A DNA stretch of 64,000 nucleotides from Opitutales bacterium (GTDB taxonomy: Bacteria; Verrucomicrobiota; Verrucomicrobiia; Opitutales; PNEW01), in NCBI GenBank assembly GCA_965197745.1, contig CBDANS010000007.1:1056001-1120000 (forward strand), written 5' to 3'. The position numbers and the translations under genes are program-made. Shown one piece after another: positions 41,964-53,218 of this stretch (positions are counted from its first letter, which is position 1; each line of letters opens with the position of its first letter). Below the pieces are notes generated by a model. It had not been told where the DNA came from and searched no databases. It saw nothing but the letters and a program-made list of their open reading frames with translations.

Positions 41964-42233
41964 GGCTATTGCAGCAAAAGATGGCGAATGCTTGAGAGGA
42001 ACTGGGTCGTTAGTCTGAAGCCATTGCCTTAAACTGTAAAGGATGAAGCAAACGGCTATGTGAAGGGGCTATCTCACAGCTAACCATTCTCGAGCTTTGA
42101 AGAGCAATGAGCGCAAGAATGAATTTTTTGATCTTAATAAAACCTTGAAACCAACATCAAATGTTATATTTCTAGGAGGAAGCAGACGTTAGACTGCGGG
42201 GAGACTGAAAGTCACACTTGTGGAAGACATAAA

Positions 42234-43236
42234 ATGACTGAAACTGATGGGTTAATTTGTGCCTATATATTAGACGGCAAGGGCGGTGGTCACCGTATAG
42301 AGTCTTTGCAGCGTCTCACACAGCCGCAGGAGGGCTTTCTCTGGGTTCATCTGCAAAGAACTGGCAAGGAAGCACGGGCGATGGCTATTGGAGAAAAGCG
42401 GTCTAGATTTAGTCATGTGCAACGCTCTGATCGGAACCACAGAAATGTCCACGGAACAATGGATCAAGGAAGGGCATCCCCATAGTATATTTTATAAGAG
42501 CGGTGTCTCGATAATCCTGCGAGGGGTTAACCTCAATCCAGGTGCTGACGTGAACGATATGGTCTCGATCCGTGCCTGGTTTGACTCGGATAAAGTCATT
42601 ACAGTAAGGGAACGCCATATCAAAGCGATCGACGACATCCGGGATCGCATTGCCGAATCGAAGGGTCCGATAGGGCCTGCGGATTTCATGGGTTTACTCG
42701 CTGGACGACTTGGCGATCGAATATCCGAAGCGCTCACAAGTCTACGGGAGGAGATAGACGACTTGGAAGAGGCCGTCATCATCGAACGAGCACCAGCGGT
42801 GGGCAAAAAACTCGGTTCATTGAGGCGGCGAGCCATCGCAAAGCGGCGGCACCTTCTCCCGCAACGCTATGCTTTGTTACAGCTTGCGCAGGAGAAGTTA
42901 TCTTGGATTGAAGATCACCATCGAGCACAGCTCCAAGACATCGCAGACCGCACAGCCCGGCAGGTAGATGATCTTGACGCACTGAGGGAGAGAGCTGCCG
43001 TTATCCAAGACGAGATCATGAACCAACTCTCCGCACGGCTCAACCGCACCATGTATTTGCTGTCTGCCATCGCGGCGATCTTCCTCCCGTTGAGTTTACT
43101 TACGGGACTGTTCGGCATTAATCTCGGGGGTATCCCTGGACGCGACTGGACATGGGCGTTCCCAATCGCTTGTATCGTCTTAGCTCTCACAGCGATTATC
43201 GAAGTGTGGCTTTTCCGGCGTTGGAAGTTGTTCTGA
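42234..43236 (+). pseudogene. zntB: ZntB/CorA-family transporter with a +1 frameshift near 42378
   Basis: N-terminal LDGKGGG…LWVHL; LRGVNLNPGA…MVSIR; FLPLSLLTGLFGINLGGIP. An extra G in GCACGGGCGATGG shifts the frame. Confidence 0.8.
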
Positions 43237-43447
43237 ACTTCCCTCAGGCTACAACACAGGGCATTATAGGAGACAGACGGAGGGGTTCAATAAACCTCTT
43301 ACAGTTTAATGTTCTCGAGCGCTGAAGAGTGATGAGAGCGTTTTGATGGGCTGGGGTATACCTGGGATACCCCTTGGACGATTTAACAGTTCAGATTGCT
43401 ACCAAATTTTAAGAAATCTTAAACTTATATGAGAGGGTGTGCACTCT

Positions 43448-43741
43448 TCAAACTACTTTATTGATAATATTCCCTATCTCATCAGCCGAAAAGGCCCGCA
43501 GTGTTTGCGTCCGAACATTCCCCAACGATCCGACGCTTAGTCCAAGAGCAGTTATCGACTCATCGTCAGGTGCATCCATGGTTATAACTAAATCGTATTG
43601 GCCCAGAGTCCAGAATATATCTTTAACGGTAACACCAGCATCCTTCGCCATTGACTTGAAAGCTTCAGCTCGTTTTTCCGTTTCCTTAACATTGCGTATT
43701 CCCTGGTCGGTGAAATTTCCAAGCACTATATAATTTGCCAT
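43448..43741 (-). CDS. GYD domain protein
   Basis: FTDQGIRNVK…WTLGQYDLV…GNVRTQTLRAF. Confidence 0.9.
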   Translation of the reverse strand: MANYIVLGNFTDQGIRNVKETEKRAEAFKSMAKDAGVTVKDIFWTLGQYDLVITMDAPDDESITALGLSVGSLGNVRTQTLRAFSADEIGNIINKVV

Positions 43742-44120
43742 TTTGAACCCCCTTTATTGATGTTATATTGATTACCAGTCACAGTTAAATATTACCCTTT
43801 AAATGTGAAAATCAAGTAATGGGGAAAGGAATATAATTGTCACCCCCCACAAATCCCCCAAGCCCTACCTTCATGTTCTCAAGCCACAGCTAGCGGTGAG
43901 AGCGTTTTGATGCCACTTTCGCTAATGAGGATGGCATTGACATCAGTGTTACAGTGGAAGAGATGGTGATTGAGTAATCCTAGCTTTAATTTCCACTGCT
44001 TTCAGGACGCAGAGTTTCCCCTTTACCTATGCGGGTTTCAGGGGCAGTTGCCAGAAAACAGAATATTTGGCAACTATTGTGAATTTTCAACTACTCGCGA
44101 TAGGTTCTGAGATCAAAATG

Positions 44121-44510
44121 TTAATTTATATTTTTGCTTTGGGAAAGCATTATTTTGATTACTTTCTTAACATCATTCGATGATAGAATGGAATGAAGAG
44201 ATCTAATAAATTCTTCTTCATTTTCGACTTTATATTCTTCATTTGATATTTCGTTAAAAATTTTTAGAGGATAAAGAAAAAGTGGCTGTTCAATACGGAG
44301 CACGGTTACACTATAGTCGTCTAAATTTTGTGCTAAGATATCAAGTCTGATAGTGATTGTATTTGCAGATATGATGGGCCAAACTTGTCCTCTAAGAGTT
44401 CCATTTGTCTGTGTTCCTAAAATTTCTGCTTGCTTTTTGAGTATTGTAAATGGCGGTGTTATGTCATCACCAGTTGGCAGATCACCCCATAAATTTTCAT
44501 CTTTATTCAT
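44121..44510 (-). CDS. hypothetical protein
   Basis: AT-rich, protein-like ORF (LWG…ILKKQA..L..QT.G.L.G). Confidence 0.7.
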   Translation of the reverse strand: MNKDENLWGDLPTGDDITPPFTILKKQAEILGTQTNGTLRGQVWPIISANTITIRLDILAQNLDDYSVTVLRIEQPLFLYPLKIFNEISNEEYKVENEEEFIRSLHSILSSNDVKKVIKIMLSQSKNIN

Positions 44511-44602
44511 GATAGCACCATCCTTTCTATCTCAATTTCAAAATCAAGGGGAAAATGGTCATCGCCAATGTCATAATGCGTATGATCGAGGTCAAACGTA
44601 AA

Positions 44603-44789
44603 GGGTCAGACTGCGAATTCTTTGATTTTATTCAAAGTTCTGTAGGCTTTACTTCTGTTCTTCTGCTCACGCCGAAAGATACTAACATAGAGTTCGTCGT
44701 TACTTTCAATCCTTGGCTTTCGAGCCATTCTCTCGCAATTCCAGTTCTCCCATAGTTTCTTATAAATCAAAGAATTCGCAGTCTGACCC
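44603..44789 (-). mobile_element. internally deleted Y1/RAYT-like transposase element (MITE) with 26-bp perfect IRs
   Basis: IR GGGTCAGACTGCGAATTCTTTGATTT; 40-codon ORF 44606..44728 beginning MARKPRIESNDELY. Confidence 0.75.
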
Positions 44790-46362
44790 GAATGGCGTTA
44801 AGATAAGGGATAGAATGAGTGCAATAGATGCTTGTACAGGGACCGTTGGAGAGCTACCCTAACGAGCATGCAAAAACAAAACTTAACTCGTTATTTTCCA
44901 GGATTTAATCAGGTCCTGTTCGGTCGTGCTCCCCGAACAGCCCTTGCACAGATGGAGGGTAAGCTGGTAGAAATACGGCGGTCAAGTCTTTCCGAGCTAT
45001 CGGATATCTTCGGGCAGTGGGTGCCGCAAAAGTATTTACACCGGAAGCCTCGAGGGGCTAACAGCCGGCGGAGATTGTTCAGCCAAAACGTGACCTTCTG
45101 GGCATTTTTGTTCCAAGTGCTCTCACCACGGACTGCCTGCCGGGAAGTGGTGCGCAAGCTCCAGAGCTATTGCAGCATGAAGGGGCTGAAGTTGGCTAAA
45201 GGAACGGCCTCGGCCTACTGTCAGGCGAGGCAACGGCTGTTGGTGCAAGACCTGCACGGGATCCATGAAGCGATCAGTGAAGAGGTGGCCGGGAGAGTGA
45301 CCGACGATCAACGGTGGAAAGGTCACGAGGTAAAAGTGGTCGACGGCACGGGTATCGCCACCGCCGATACGCCGTGCTTGCAGAGGTGTTACCCACAGCC
45401 TTCGCAGCAACGAAGCGGCTGCGGCTTTCCGGTGGTGAAGCTGGTGGGCTGTTTTTCTTTAGCCAGTGGGGCGCTTTTACACTGGATGGAGTCCTCACTA
45501 AGGCATCATGACAGTGTGCTGTTGCGGGGCATGATCGGATTTTTTCAAAAGGGTGATGTGGTCCTTGCCGACCGGGGATTTTGCTCTTACCTCAATATTG
45601 CCCTGCTTAAAGGCCGCGGTGCTGAAGCGGTCATGCGTTTGCATCAGCAACGAAGAAGCGACTTTCGTCAGGGCAGGTCCTTGGGTAGGTATGACCGGCT
45701 GATCATGTGGAAGAAGCCGCAAAATGTCTTCGGCTTCAGTCGCGAGCAGTGGCGGCAAATCCCTGATGAGATCCCCGTACGGCTGGTGAAGATTTTCATT
45801 TTCATCAAAGGTTTCCGCGCCCATAGCGTAGACCTCGTGACTACCTTGAGCGATCCTCACCAATACTCCCACCACGATCTCGGAGAATTATACTATCGGC
45901 GCTGGGCAGTGGAGCTTTACTTTCGCCACATCAAAACCACCATGGGGATGGAGATCCTGCGCTCTCGCTCGGTCGCTCTCGTGCGCAAAGAGATTGCGAT
46001 GTTTGCCATCGCCTACAATCTCTCATCCGCGCTCTTTTGCAGCAAGCTGCCAGTGCCTTCCACCGCGACCTCTCCCGGCTAAGCTTCAAGGGGGCTGTTG
46101 ACACCCTCCGCCAATATCAAAGTGCGCTCGCGGCCACCCGGTTTAATCCCAGAGCCCAACGATCTGTCATTGACGAGATGATACACCTCATTGCCCTCGA
46201 ATCGGTCCCCCTACGTCCCTTCCGATACGAACCAAGAGTCCTCAAACGTAGACCTATACCTTTCCAACGATTGACTCATCCACGAGCCATGATGACCGTC
46301 TCTGCTTCACGAAAAAACAAAGGCTTTTATCATCCTAAACCACCCTTATCTTAACGCCATTC
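44790..46362 (+). mobile_element. IS4-family element; transposase frameshifted near 46020
   Basis: 20-bp perfect IR GAATGGCGTTAAGATAAGGG; 11-bp TSD CAGTCTGACCC; VVDGT, ADRGF and YYRRWAVELYFR.IK motifs. Confidence 0.95.
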
Positions 46363-46543
46363 CAGTCTGACCCTATTTCTTCTGCCCAGCCACAGCACAG
46401 TGCTGGTGAGTGCATATCAAGGCGTGAGGACGTTTTGATTGGGAAGGTATACGCCTAGATACCCCTTGATCTAAAAAAATGCTCAATATATTTTAGTTCT
46501 AAGAGAAGCAAATTAAGATAGATACAGAAGGAGGTGAACGACC

Positions 46544-46942
46544 ATGAGGAAAGAAGAAAATGTAAACATAGTGCGGGAAATTTACGCGAACTTTGGTCGG
46601 GGGAACATCCCTAGCATACTGAATGTCCTAGCGGATGATATTGTGTTTAAGCAGCCGACAGCAGGTCCATCACCGCTTGCTGGCACTTATCATGGACCTG
46701 AGCAAGTCGGAGAATGGTTTGGCAAGTTGGATGAAGTGGCAGAATCTCAGAACTTCGAGCCTCGAGAGTTCATCGCTCAGGGAAACAAGGTAATCGTCCT
46801 AGGTTACTACAAGTTTCTGGCAAAACCCACAAATAAAACATGGGAAGCTGAGTGGGTGATGGTATGGACTTTCAAAGAGAGCAAGGTAGTAGGGTTCCAG
46901 TTCTTCGGTGATACTGCTGCTGAAACCGCAGCTTTCTCATGA
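46544..46942 (+). CDS. SnoaL/NTF2-like protein
   Basis: ENVNIVREIY.NF.RGNI…GTYHG…FIAQG.KVIVLG; GGAGG RBS. Confidence 0.9.
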   Translation: MRKEENVNIVREIYANFGRGNIPSILNVLADDIVFKQPTAGPSPLAGTYHGPEQVGEWFGKLDEVAESQNFEPREFIAQGNKVIVLGYYKFLAKPTNKTWEAEWVMVWTFKESKVVGFQFFGDTAAETAAFS

Positions 46943-47035
46943 AGCTAGTTTCTCCCAGTCTTAACTTAGTATTCTCGAGTACTGAAGAGCGATGACGACG
47001 TTTTTATGAGTGGGGGTATACCTAGGGGATCCCCC

Positions 47036-48370
47036 TTAAAATCCAAGGACACGAAAAGCTAATCCTGGCCGCATGAGGCTTTCTGGTGGTTTAACCAAGG
47101 ACAATGTATCCAGCAACGCCCGTCGGACTTCTAACCTTTTTTCGGCTTTGGCAAACAGACGTTTAACATACCAATTGATAAAATTCAGTTTCAAAGGTCT
47201 TCTGCCACGGGTCTGTGGATAAGCAAGATCAGACCCAGAAGTCAGTTCCCACGCCCAGTTTGCGCCAACGTTACCCATCTGGCTCCGAAATCTATCTGAA
47301 AATCCATTCAGGGTGCTGCCTTTTTCGGCGAGAGCTGAGAGACTATTCCACAGGAACACACCCTCTTTAGCAGCCTTTGTCATGCCTTGGCCATAAATTG
47401 GATTAAGTTTACATACTGCATCACCCATGACTAATAATCTATCAGGAAAAGTCTTCAGGCGATCGAAACGTTGTAAGTGGCACGATGGGATCCGGTAGCT
47501 TCTGAACTCCGAAACTGGTGTGGCATTTTGAAGGAATTCTGAAATATCGGGTGCATCCAATTTTTGAGCGAAAGCTTGGAAACCAGCGTCGTCTGAAGGG
47601 GCATTCTCACCGAAGTATCCCCAAAGAGTTACAATCCATTGATTGTCTTCAACTCTCTCCATTACACCCCCGAGCCATCCCTTAGGCGCATTCGGATTGA
47701 GTAAAAGCAAATTCCAATCAGGTGAAAATTCTGGAGCTTTGAAAAGGCGACTGGTGTAAGAAATGTCAACCTCTACAATTTCTGTTTCAGGTGCATCAAA
47801 ACCCAAGCCAAGCAACTCTTTCGGTAGTGTGGATGCACTACCACGAGCATCAACTGTGAGATCGGAGTCGAGTTGAATTTCTTTATCTGGACCCCTGGCA
47901 ACAATGCCCATGACGCTTTTTCCTGATGGATCGGTTATCCACTCTGAGAATCTATAACCCTGCATGAACTCGACATTATTAAGACCTGCTACATATTGCC
48001 TAAGGTAGTATTCGTAAAACGGTCGGGTCGATCCGATAAAAGTTTGGTTGGTTTCTCCTCGTGCCAACCATTTGCCGAAATGTCTCCACTTCAATTCACT
48101 TCCTCCATCAAAGATGTGTGCCCCATTAGAAACCAGTTGCTCAATTACCTCTGGCATTAACTGCTTTAAAGCTTCGTAAGAGGGTGGTAATATTCCGTGA
48201 ATGTGATTCCCTTGTGGCACTCCCTTTCGTGGACTAAAATGTGTCTCCAAGTTGTCCCTCTCGACAACAACAACTCTCTCGAAGAAGTCAGCCAATGCAC
48301 GAGCCGCGAAAAGTCCAGCGACACTTGCGCCAACAACTACAGCTTGACTGGAAAGCAAATGTTTAGCCAT
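47036..48370 (-). CDS. FAD-dependent monooxygenase/epoxidase-like oxidoreductase
   Basis: VVGASVAGL, RKGVPQG.HIH, DARG and MGDAVC.LNPIYGQGM motifs. Confidence 0.88.
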   Translation of the reverse strand: MAKHLLSSQAVVVGASVAGLFAARALADFFERVVVVERDNLETHFSPRKGVPQGNHIHGILPPSYEALKQLMPEVIEQLVSNGAHIFDGGSELKWRHFGKWLARGETNQTFIGSTRPFYEYYLRQYVAGLNNVEFMQGYRFSEWITDPSGKSVMGIVARGPDKEIQLDSDLTVDARGSASTLPKELLGLGFDAPETEIVEVDISYTSRLFKAPEFSPDWNLLLLNPNAPKGWLGGVMERVEDNQWIVTLWGYFGENAPSDDAGFQAFAQKLDAPDISEFLQNATPVSEFRSYRIPSCHLQRFDRLKTFPDRLLVMGDAVCKLNPIYGQGMTKAAKEGVFLWNSLSALAEKGSTLNGFSDRFRSQMGNVGANWAWELTSGSDLAYPQTRGRRPLKLNFINWYVKRLFAKAEKRLEVRRALLDTLSLVKPPESLMRPGLAFRVLGF

Positions 48371-48398
48371 AACCTAACATACCCCTCTCAAATATAAC

Positions 48399-50417
48399 TT
48401 ACTCCTCCAACCCCACCTTCCTCACAAGCTCTATGAAACGGGGATCTGATCGAAGAAAGTCAAATGCTGGCGTTATCTTTAAGAATCTAAGAATAACACC
48501 TCGGTGCTCGTAGACTTGCTCAAGAAACTCCAAGGTTTGTTCCTTTTCGTTTAACTCAGCATATAGCAAAGCGAATGCATAATAGGGTGGAAATCCATGC
48601 CTCGCAATAATAGCTTTTTTCTGCGCTTGCTCGAGTGATTCTAAAGCTTTTTCCTTCTGCCCCATTTTGACATAGAAGTGAGCAAGATAATAATCAGGGT
48701 CCTTATTTTTCTCGGAGTATATGAAGTTTCTATAGTCTAGACCATTGAATTCAAGAAAACATACACCGATTTTAGGATCAGCCTCGAGTTTGGGTGGAAG
48801 AGACATTGGGATTCCTGTCCGTTTATACTTGATCACATTTTTACAGAAAAGCCACAACGTTTCCTCATCTATAGAGATAGCCTTCTGCTCAGACCACCGA
48901 CTGAACGCATCGACAGCCTCGTCAATCCTTTCAGCCTTAAGATGTAATACCCCTATATTATTCAAATACCATTGTACTGCCTGGCGTTCCGGGTAAAGCA
49001 TGATTGTCTTTTCATACTGCTGAATAGCTGCATCGTCCTGTCCTGCAATTTCAAGCAACATTGCGAGCGCACCATTGTAGGTGTGAGATATAGGATCCAA
49101 CTCCAAGGCCTTATTTCCTCCCATCAAAGCCTCATCAAAACGACCCATGCTCGCCAGCATCATCGAATACCAATGGTGTGTGTCCGCATATTCCGGGTTT
49201 GAATCAATGGCCAGCAGAAATTCCTTTTCGGCACCACGCATGTCGTAGCTGTTACGCTTCATAAAACCAAGGAGGGCATGAGCTTCGGCAAGGTTCGGGT
49301 CAAGAGTGAGAGCATTCTCCAATGCTTCTTGGCTTTGTGTGATGTAGTCCTTTCTAAATGCAATTCTTTCAGCTACTGATATGTTTTCTGGAGGACGGTT
49401 TTGCGAAAAGAGAATAGCACTAGCAAGACCAGAGTATGCGAGCGCATAGTTTGGATCCAAGGCAATGGCCTCCTTGAAGTGTTTAATTGCAGTTTTTAAA
49501 TATTCCGTTGTCTGCTCATCCGTGACGATTCGTTTGTTCCAAAGATAAAGACCTTGAAGGTAATGGTCGTAAGCTTCGATATTTGTAGTCGAGAGTTTAA
49601 TTAAAGGAGCACCTGCTTTACCTATGAGTTTAACATGAAGTGCATTGGCAATTGCCTGTGAGATTTCATCTTGGATGGCGAAGACGCTCTTTAACTCTCG
49701 TTCATAAGTCTTCGACCAGAGATGAAAGTTATCAGCAGCATTGTTAAGTTGAGCTGTGATCCGGATGGAGTTTCCCTCCTTTCGCACGCTCCCTTCGAGC
49801 ACGGTTGTGACGTTGAGTTGCTCGCCAATCGTGGATATGGCCTCATTTCTGAGACGAAACGAAGAGGTTCGAGCAGCTACACGCAACCCTTCGACCTGAG
49901 CGAGAGCGTTCAGGATTTCCTCTGCCATACCCTCGCCGAAGTATTCCTGATCTTTATTCGGGCTCATGTCGCGGAAGGGGAGGACGGCGATGGACTTAAT
50001 CACAGACTCCGGTTCAGGCTCGGGCTCCGGTGCAGGTGCATTTCTCATTATTAAATACCCAATGACAGTTACCGCTAACAGCAATAATGGGATCAGACCG
50101 CCCAGGGCTGTGTTCCGCCATGTGAAAATCTTATGCCGATGAACCTTTTCCTCAGTGCCCCCTGTCGTTGAAGTGTCATCATCACCTGTCTGTTGGGGCT
50201 TTACCCTTTCCTGGACAAAGGCTGTTGCCACAACCATCGGGAAGCCGACAAGGAGCAACACTATTGCCATTGTTGGAGACCACTCAGGTAAACCGAGACT
50301 GGTCGTTAAATGCTGAACGACCTGCAAGACAATCCAACTGCCAACAAGGTAGATTAATATCACCTGCCATAGTGAACGTCGATGAATCTCGTGGATAAGC
50401 TTGGTTAAGCTGGGCAT
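48399..50417 (-). CDS. membrane-anchored TolB-like/TPR protein
   Basis: N-terminal TM segments, SIAVLPF…EYFGEG.AEE…VLEGSVR, TPR repeats, C-terminal FDFLRSDPRF. Confidence 0.9.
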   Translation of the reverse strand: MPSLTKLIHEIHRRSLWQVILIYLVGSWIVLQVVQHLTTSLGLPEWSPTMAIVLLLVGFPMVVATAFVQERVKPQQTGDDDTSTTGGTEEKVHRHKIFTWRNTALGGLIPLLLLAVTVIGYLIMRNAPAPEPEPEPESVIKSIAVLPFRDMSPNKDQEYFGEGMAEEILNALAQVEGLRVAARTSSFRLRNEAISTIGEQLNVTTVLEGSVRKEGNSIRITAQLNNAADNFHLWSKTYERELKSVFAIQDEISQAIANALHVKLIGKAGAPLIKLSTTNIEAYDHYLQGLYLWNKRIVTDEQTTEYLKTAIKHFKEAIALDPNYALAYSGLASAILFSQNRPPENISVAERIAFRKDYITQSQEALENALTLDPNLAEAHALLGFMKRNSYDMRGAEKEFLLAIDSNPEYADTHHWYSMMLASMGRFDEALMGGNKALELDPISHTYNGALAMLLEIAGQDDAAIQQYEKTIMLYPERQAVQWYLNNIGVLHLKAERIDEAVDAFSRWSEQKAISIDEETLWLFCKNVIKYKRTGIPMSLPPKLEADPKIGVCFLEFNGLDYRNFIYSEKNKDPDYYLAHFYVKMGQKEKALESLEQAQKKAIIARHGFPPYYAFALLYAELNEKEQTLEFLEQVYEHRGVILRFLKITPAFDFLRSDPRFIELVRKVGLEE

Positions 50418-50680
50418 GGCTATTACAGCAAAGATGATGAATGCTCGTTAGGGAACTGGACCTTCAGCTTGAAGTTTTTGGATAAAACTGTAAAGGATGA
50501 AGCAATTGACTGTGAGATGGGCTCTTTCTTATATTAACCATTCTCAAGCTTCAGCAAGAGAGTTTACAGAATTGCTTGATCCTATCGCTTCTATGAATAG
50601 GATGCCCAGTTAGCAGATGCGAAGAAGATAACTACAATATTTTAGGCCCCTTTACCCATCTCAACAATCAGGAGATTATA

Positions 50681-51022
50681 ATGATCTTTGAGATACGAAA
50701 CTATCATTTCAATCCAGCTCTTTTTGAATCCTACAAACAATGGGCAAAGAGCGAGGCGACTCCATATTTATTTAGCAAACTCGACATTGTTGGCTTCTGG
50801 GTAAATACCAGTGACGAACCTGAAGTAAGGGGCCAGCCGCAAGACGATCTCGGATCAGCTAATATCACGTGGATTATCCGATGGAATGATATGGAACATC
50901 GGAATAGAGTTCTCCCTGATGTTCTTTCAAGCCCTGAATGGCAGACAATTTTCACCAGAGTTCCTGGTGGTAGAGCAAGCTATCTGCGCATAGAGTCCAA
51001 ATTTGCAGAGTCTCTTCAGTGA
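50681..51022 (+). CDS. NIPSNAP-family protein
   Basis: MIFEIRNY…VGFW…WIIRW.DME.R; AGGAG RBS. Confidence 0.8.
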   Translation: MIFEIRNYHFNPALFESYKQWAKSEATPYLFSKLDIVGFWVNTSDEPEVRGQPQDDLGSANITWIIRWNDMEHRNRVLPDVLSSPEWQTIFTRVPGGRASYLRIESKFAESLQ

Positions 51023-51163
51023 CAGCACTTCCTAACGTCTTGTGTCAAGCTACAGCGAGCGGTGAGAGCGTTTTGATGGGCTGGGGTATAGCTGAATACC
51101 CCTTGGGCTAACCAGCATTTTAAAATATTGTGGTCCCTACGAGAATAGGTTATTACGGATTGT

Positions 51164-51850
51164 ATGCAATCTAAGGTTGGAGCTGTTTCTGCAATTGCAG
51201 GAGCTATTATTCTGCTCGTTGGAACTTCCCTACATCCTATGGAGGAAGATCCAAACGATCCAGTTGCCGCATTTACAGAATACGCAGATGACTCACTGTG
51301 GGTAGGCAGTCATTTAACTCAGTTACTAGGCATCGTTTTAATTGTAGCAGCACTTCTTACACTAACCCACCTATTGACTAATGATAAAGGTGGCGGGTGG
51401 TCACAGTTTGGCTCAGCGTTTGCTATTTCTAGTTTGGCCATTGCAGCGGCTCTTCAAGCTGTAGATGGTATTGCGCTAAAGGTGATGGTAGACAATTGGG
51501 TGGCTGCACCAGAATCAGAGAAGATGGCTATTTTTCATGCTACAATTGGCGTCAGGCAAGTTGATGTAGGACTGGCCAGCATGTTCAGTATGTTTATCGG
51601 TTTAACTGTGGTGCTGTATGGTGTATCTATTGTGATGACCGATCGGTTTCCGAGCTGGCTAGGGTTGATCGCAATCTTTGGTGGCGGTGCGACAGTAACA
51701 GCTGGTGTAATGTATGCGTATACGGGGTTTTCAAAAGTAGCAATGTCTGTAAGCATGCCAGCAAGCTTGTTACTATTGCTTTGGTTGATTGTTCTTGGGG
51801 TAAGAATGTGGCGAGTAAGTAACAAATGTAATATTACACCCCATTCATAG
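51164..51850 (+). CDS. DUF4386-like membrane protein
   Basis: Multi-TM protein; LHP…W.GSHL.QL…AVDGIALK…P.WLG. Confidence 0.7.
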   Translation: MQSKVGAVSAIAGAIILLVGTSLHPMEEDPNDPVAAFTEYADDSLWVGSHLTQLLGIVLIVAALLTLTHLLTNDKGGGWSQFGSAFAISSLAIAAALQAVDGIALKVMVDNWVAAPESEKMAIFHATIGVRQVDVGLASMFSMFIGLTVVLYGVSIVMTDRFPSWLGLIAIFGGGATVTAGVMYAYTGFSKVAMSVSMPASLLLLLWLIVLGVRMWRVSNKCNITPHS

Positions 51851-52126
51851 CTTACCATTCTCGAGCGCTGAAGAGTGATGAGAGCGTTTAGTTAGCAGAG
51901 GGTATAGCTTATTTACCTTCAGTGACAAAACGCTGTGGTTACTCGCTGTCGCTGTTCAGAGGTAAAATAAATGCTATATCTATGACCCCTTTTAGCCTTT
52001 CTTTGTTCAGGGGTAAAATTGATTCTGCATCTTTGACCCCTTACAACTCCTCAACATTGACATCATTATCCGCATACGCGAATATACAGAACTTTAGAAC
52101 CACTTGTTATCCCACGAGAGCCGACG

Positions 52127-53059
52127 ATGGTTATTGACTGCGAAACACACATATTCCCACGGTGCTTTGATTATCGTCGCTGTCACGTTGAGGACCAGCT
52201 CGAGGATATGAATCGCTGCGGCGTGGATCGGACCTTCCTCACGTTCTACTGTGACAGTACGCTCACCTCGCCATGCGGGGAGATCACGGATCCCAGTATC
52301 AAGCGGTTCGGTGACAGTGATGCGGAAGTCTGGGACTACTTCAAGGAATCATGGCTCGCGCATCAAGATAGATTCTTCTTCTTCAGTGTTCCCGATCCTC
52401 GTGAGCCGGACTGTATCGAACGACTCGAGGAGCAGTGCGAACTTGGGCTCCACGGCATCGGAGAAACCCAGCCGGCAACGCAGAACATTTTTCCGAATGG
52501 TCCCGAGTTCATGCGTGTATATCGGTTCGCGGCTGACAGAGGATTGCCGGTTGTGCTGACCATGGAACGATGGGAGGAGTGCCTGTGCTTTCGCGGCAGA
52601 TACTTCGATGAGTTCTTCGACATGTTTGAGCAAGTGATCCGGGAGTTTGAGGATGTCCGGTTCATGATCGGCCACAGCGGCGATTGCGGCAGTGTCCGTT
52701 CAAAGGATTGGGATACCTACCTGGAAAGCAACCTGCGGTGCTACGAATTGGCTGCAAAGCTGGACAATGTGTGGGTCTGCTCATGCATGCCATGGTGGTT
52801 TGCCGACAACAAGGTCAATCCTCTCCTGGAACGACAGGTCAGGTTCCTTAGAGACCACGTGGGCTTCTCGAAGGTGACATGGGGCAGTGACTGGCCGTAC
52901 AACGGTAGTGGTACGAGCTTCTCCTTCAGGAGTGACTACGGGACGGTGGTCGATTACTACCGTAACCTGCCATTCTGCAGTGAGGAGGAACTGGAGAGCC
53001 TCCTTGGCGGAGCGGCTTATGAGTTTGTCACCGGCCACAAGATCGACTCCGACAGCTAG
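52127..53059 (+). CDS. amidohydrolase_2 family metal-dependent hydrolase
   Basis: IDCETHIF, GIGE, IGHSG and WGSDWP motifs. Confidence 0.85.
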   Translation: MVIDCETHIFPRCFDYRRCHVEDQLEDMNRCGVDRTFLTFYCDSTLTSPCGEITDPSIKRFGDSDAEVWDYFKESWLAHQDRFFFFSVPDPREPDCIERLEEQCELGLHGIGETQPATQNIFPNGPEFMRVYRFAADRGLPVVLTMERWEECLCFRGRYFDEFFDMFEQVIREFEDVRFMIGHSGDCGSVRSKDWDTYLESNLRCYELAAKLDNVWVCSCMPWWFADNKVNPLLERQVRFLRDHVGFSKVTWGSDWPYNGSGTSFSFRSDYGTVVDYYRNLPFCSEEELESLLGGAAYEFVTGHKIDSDS

Positions 53060-53218
53060 GAAGACCCGCGTGGGTCAACCGATGCATAGTGCACCGGTTG
53101 TCCCAAATTACTAGATCGTCCGGCTGCCATCTGTGTCGGTAGACAAATTGGGGTTGTACTGCTAACGCAGTAAGCTCTCTCAGAATACGCCTGCTCCCCC
53201 GATCAAATTCAAGCGGCC

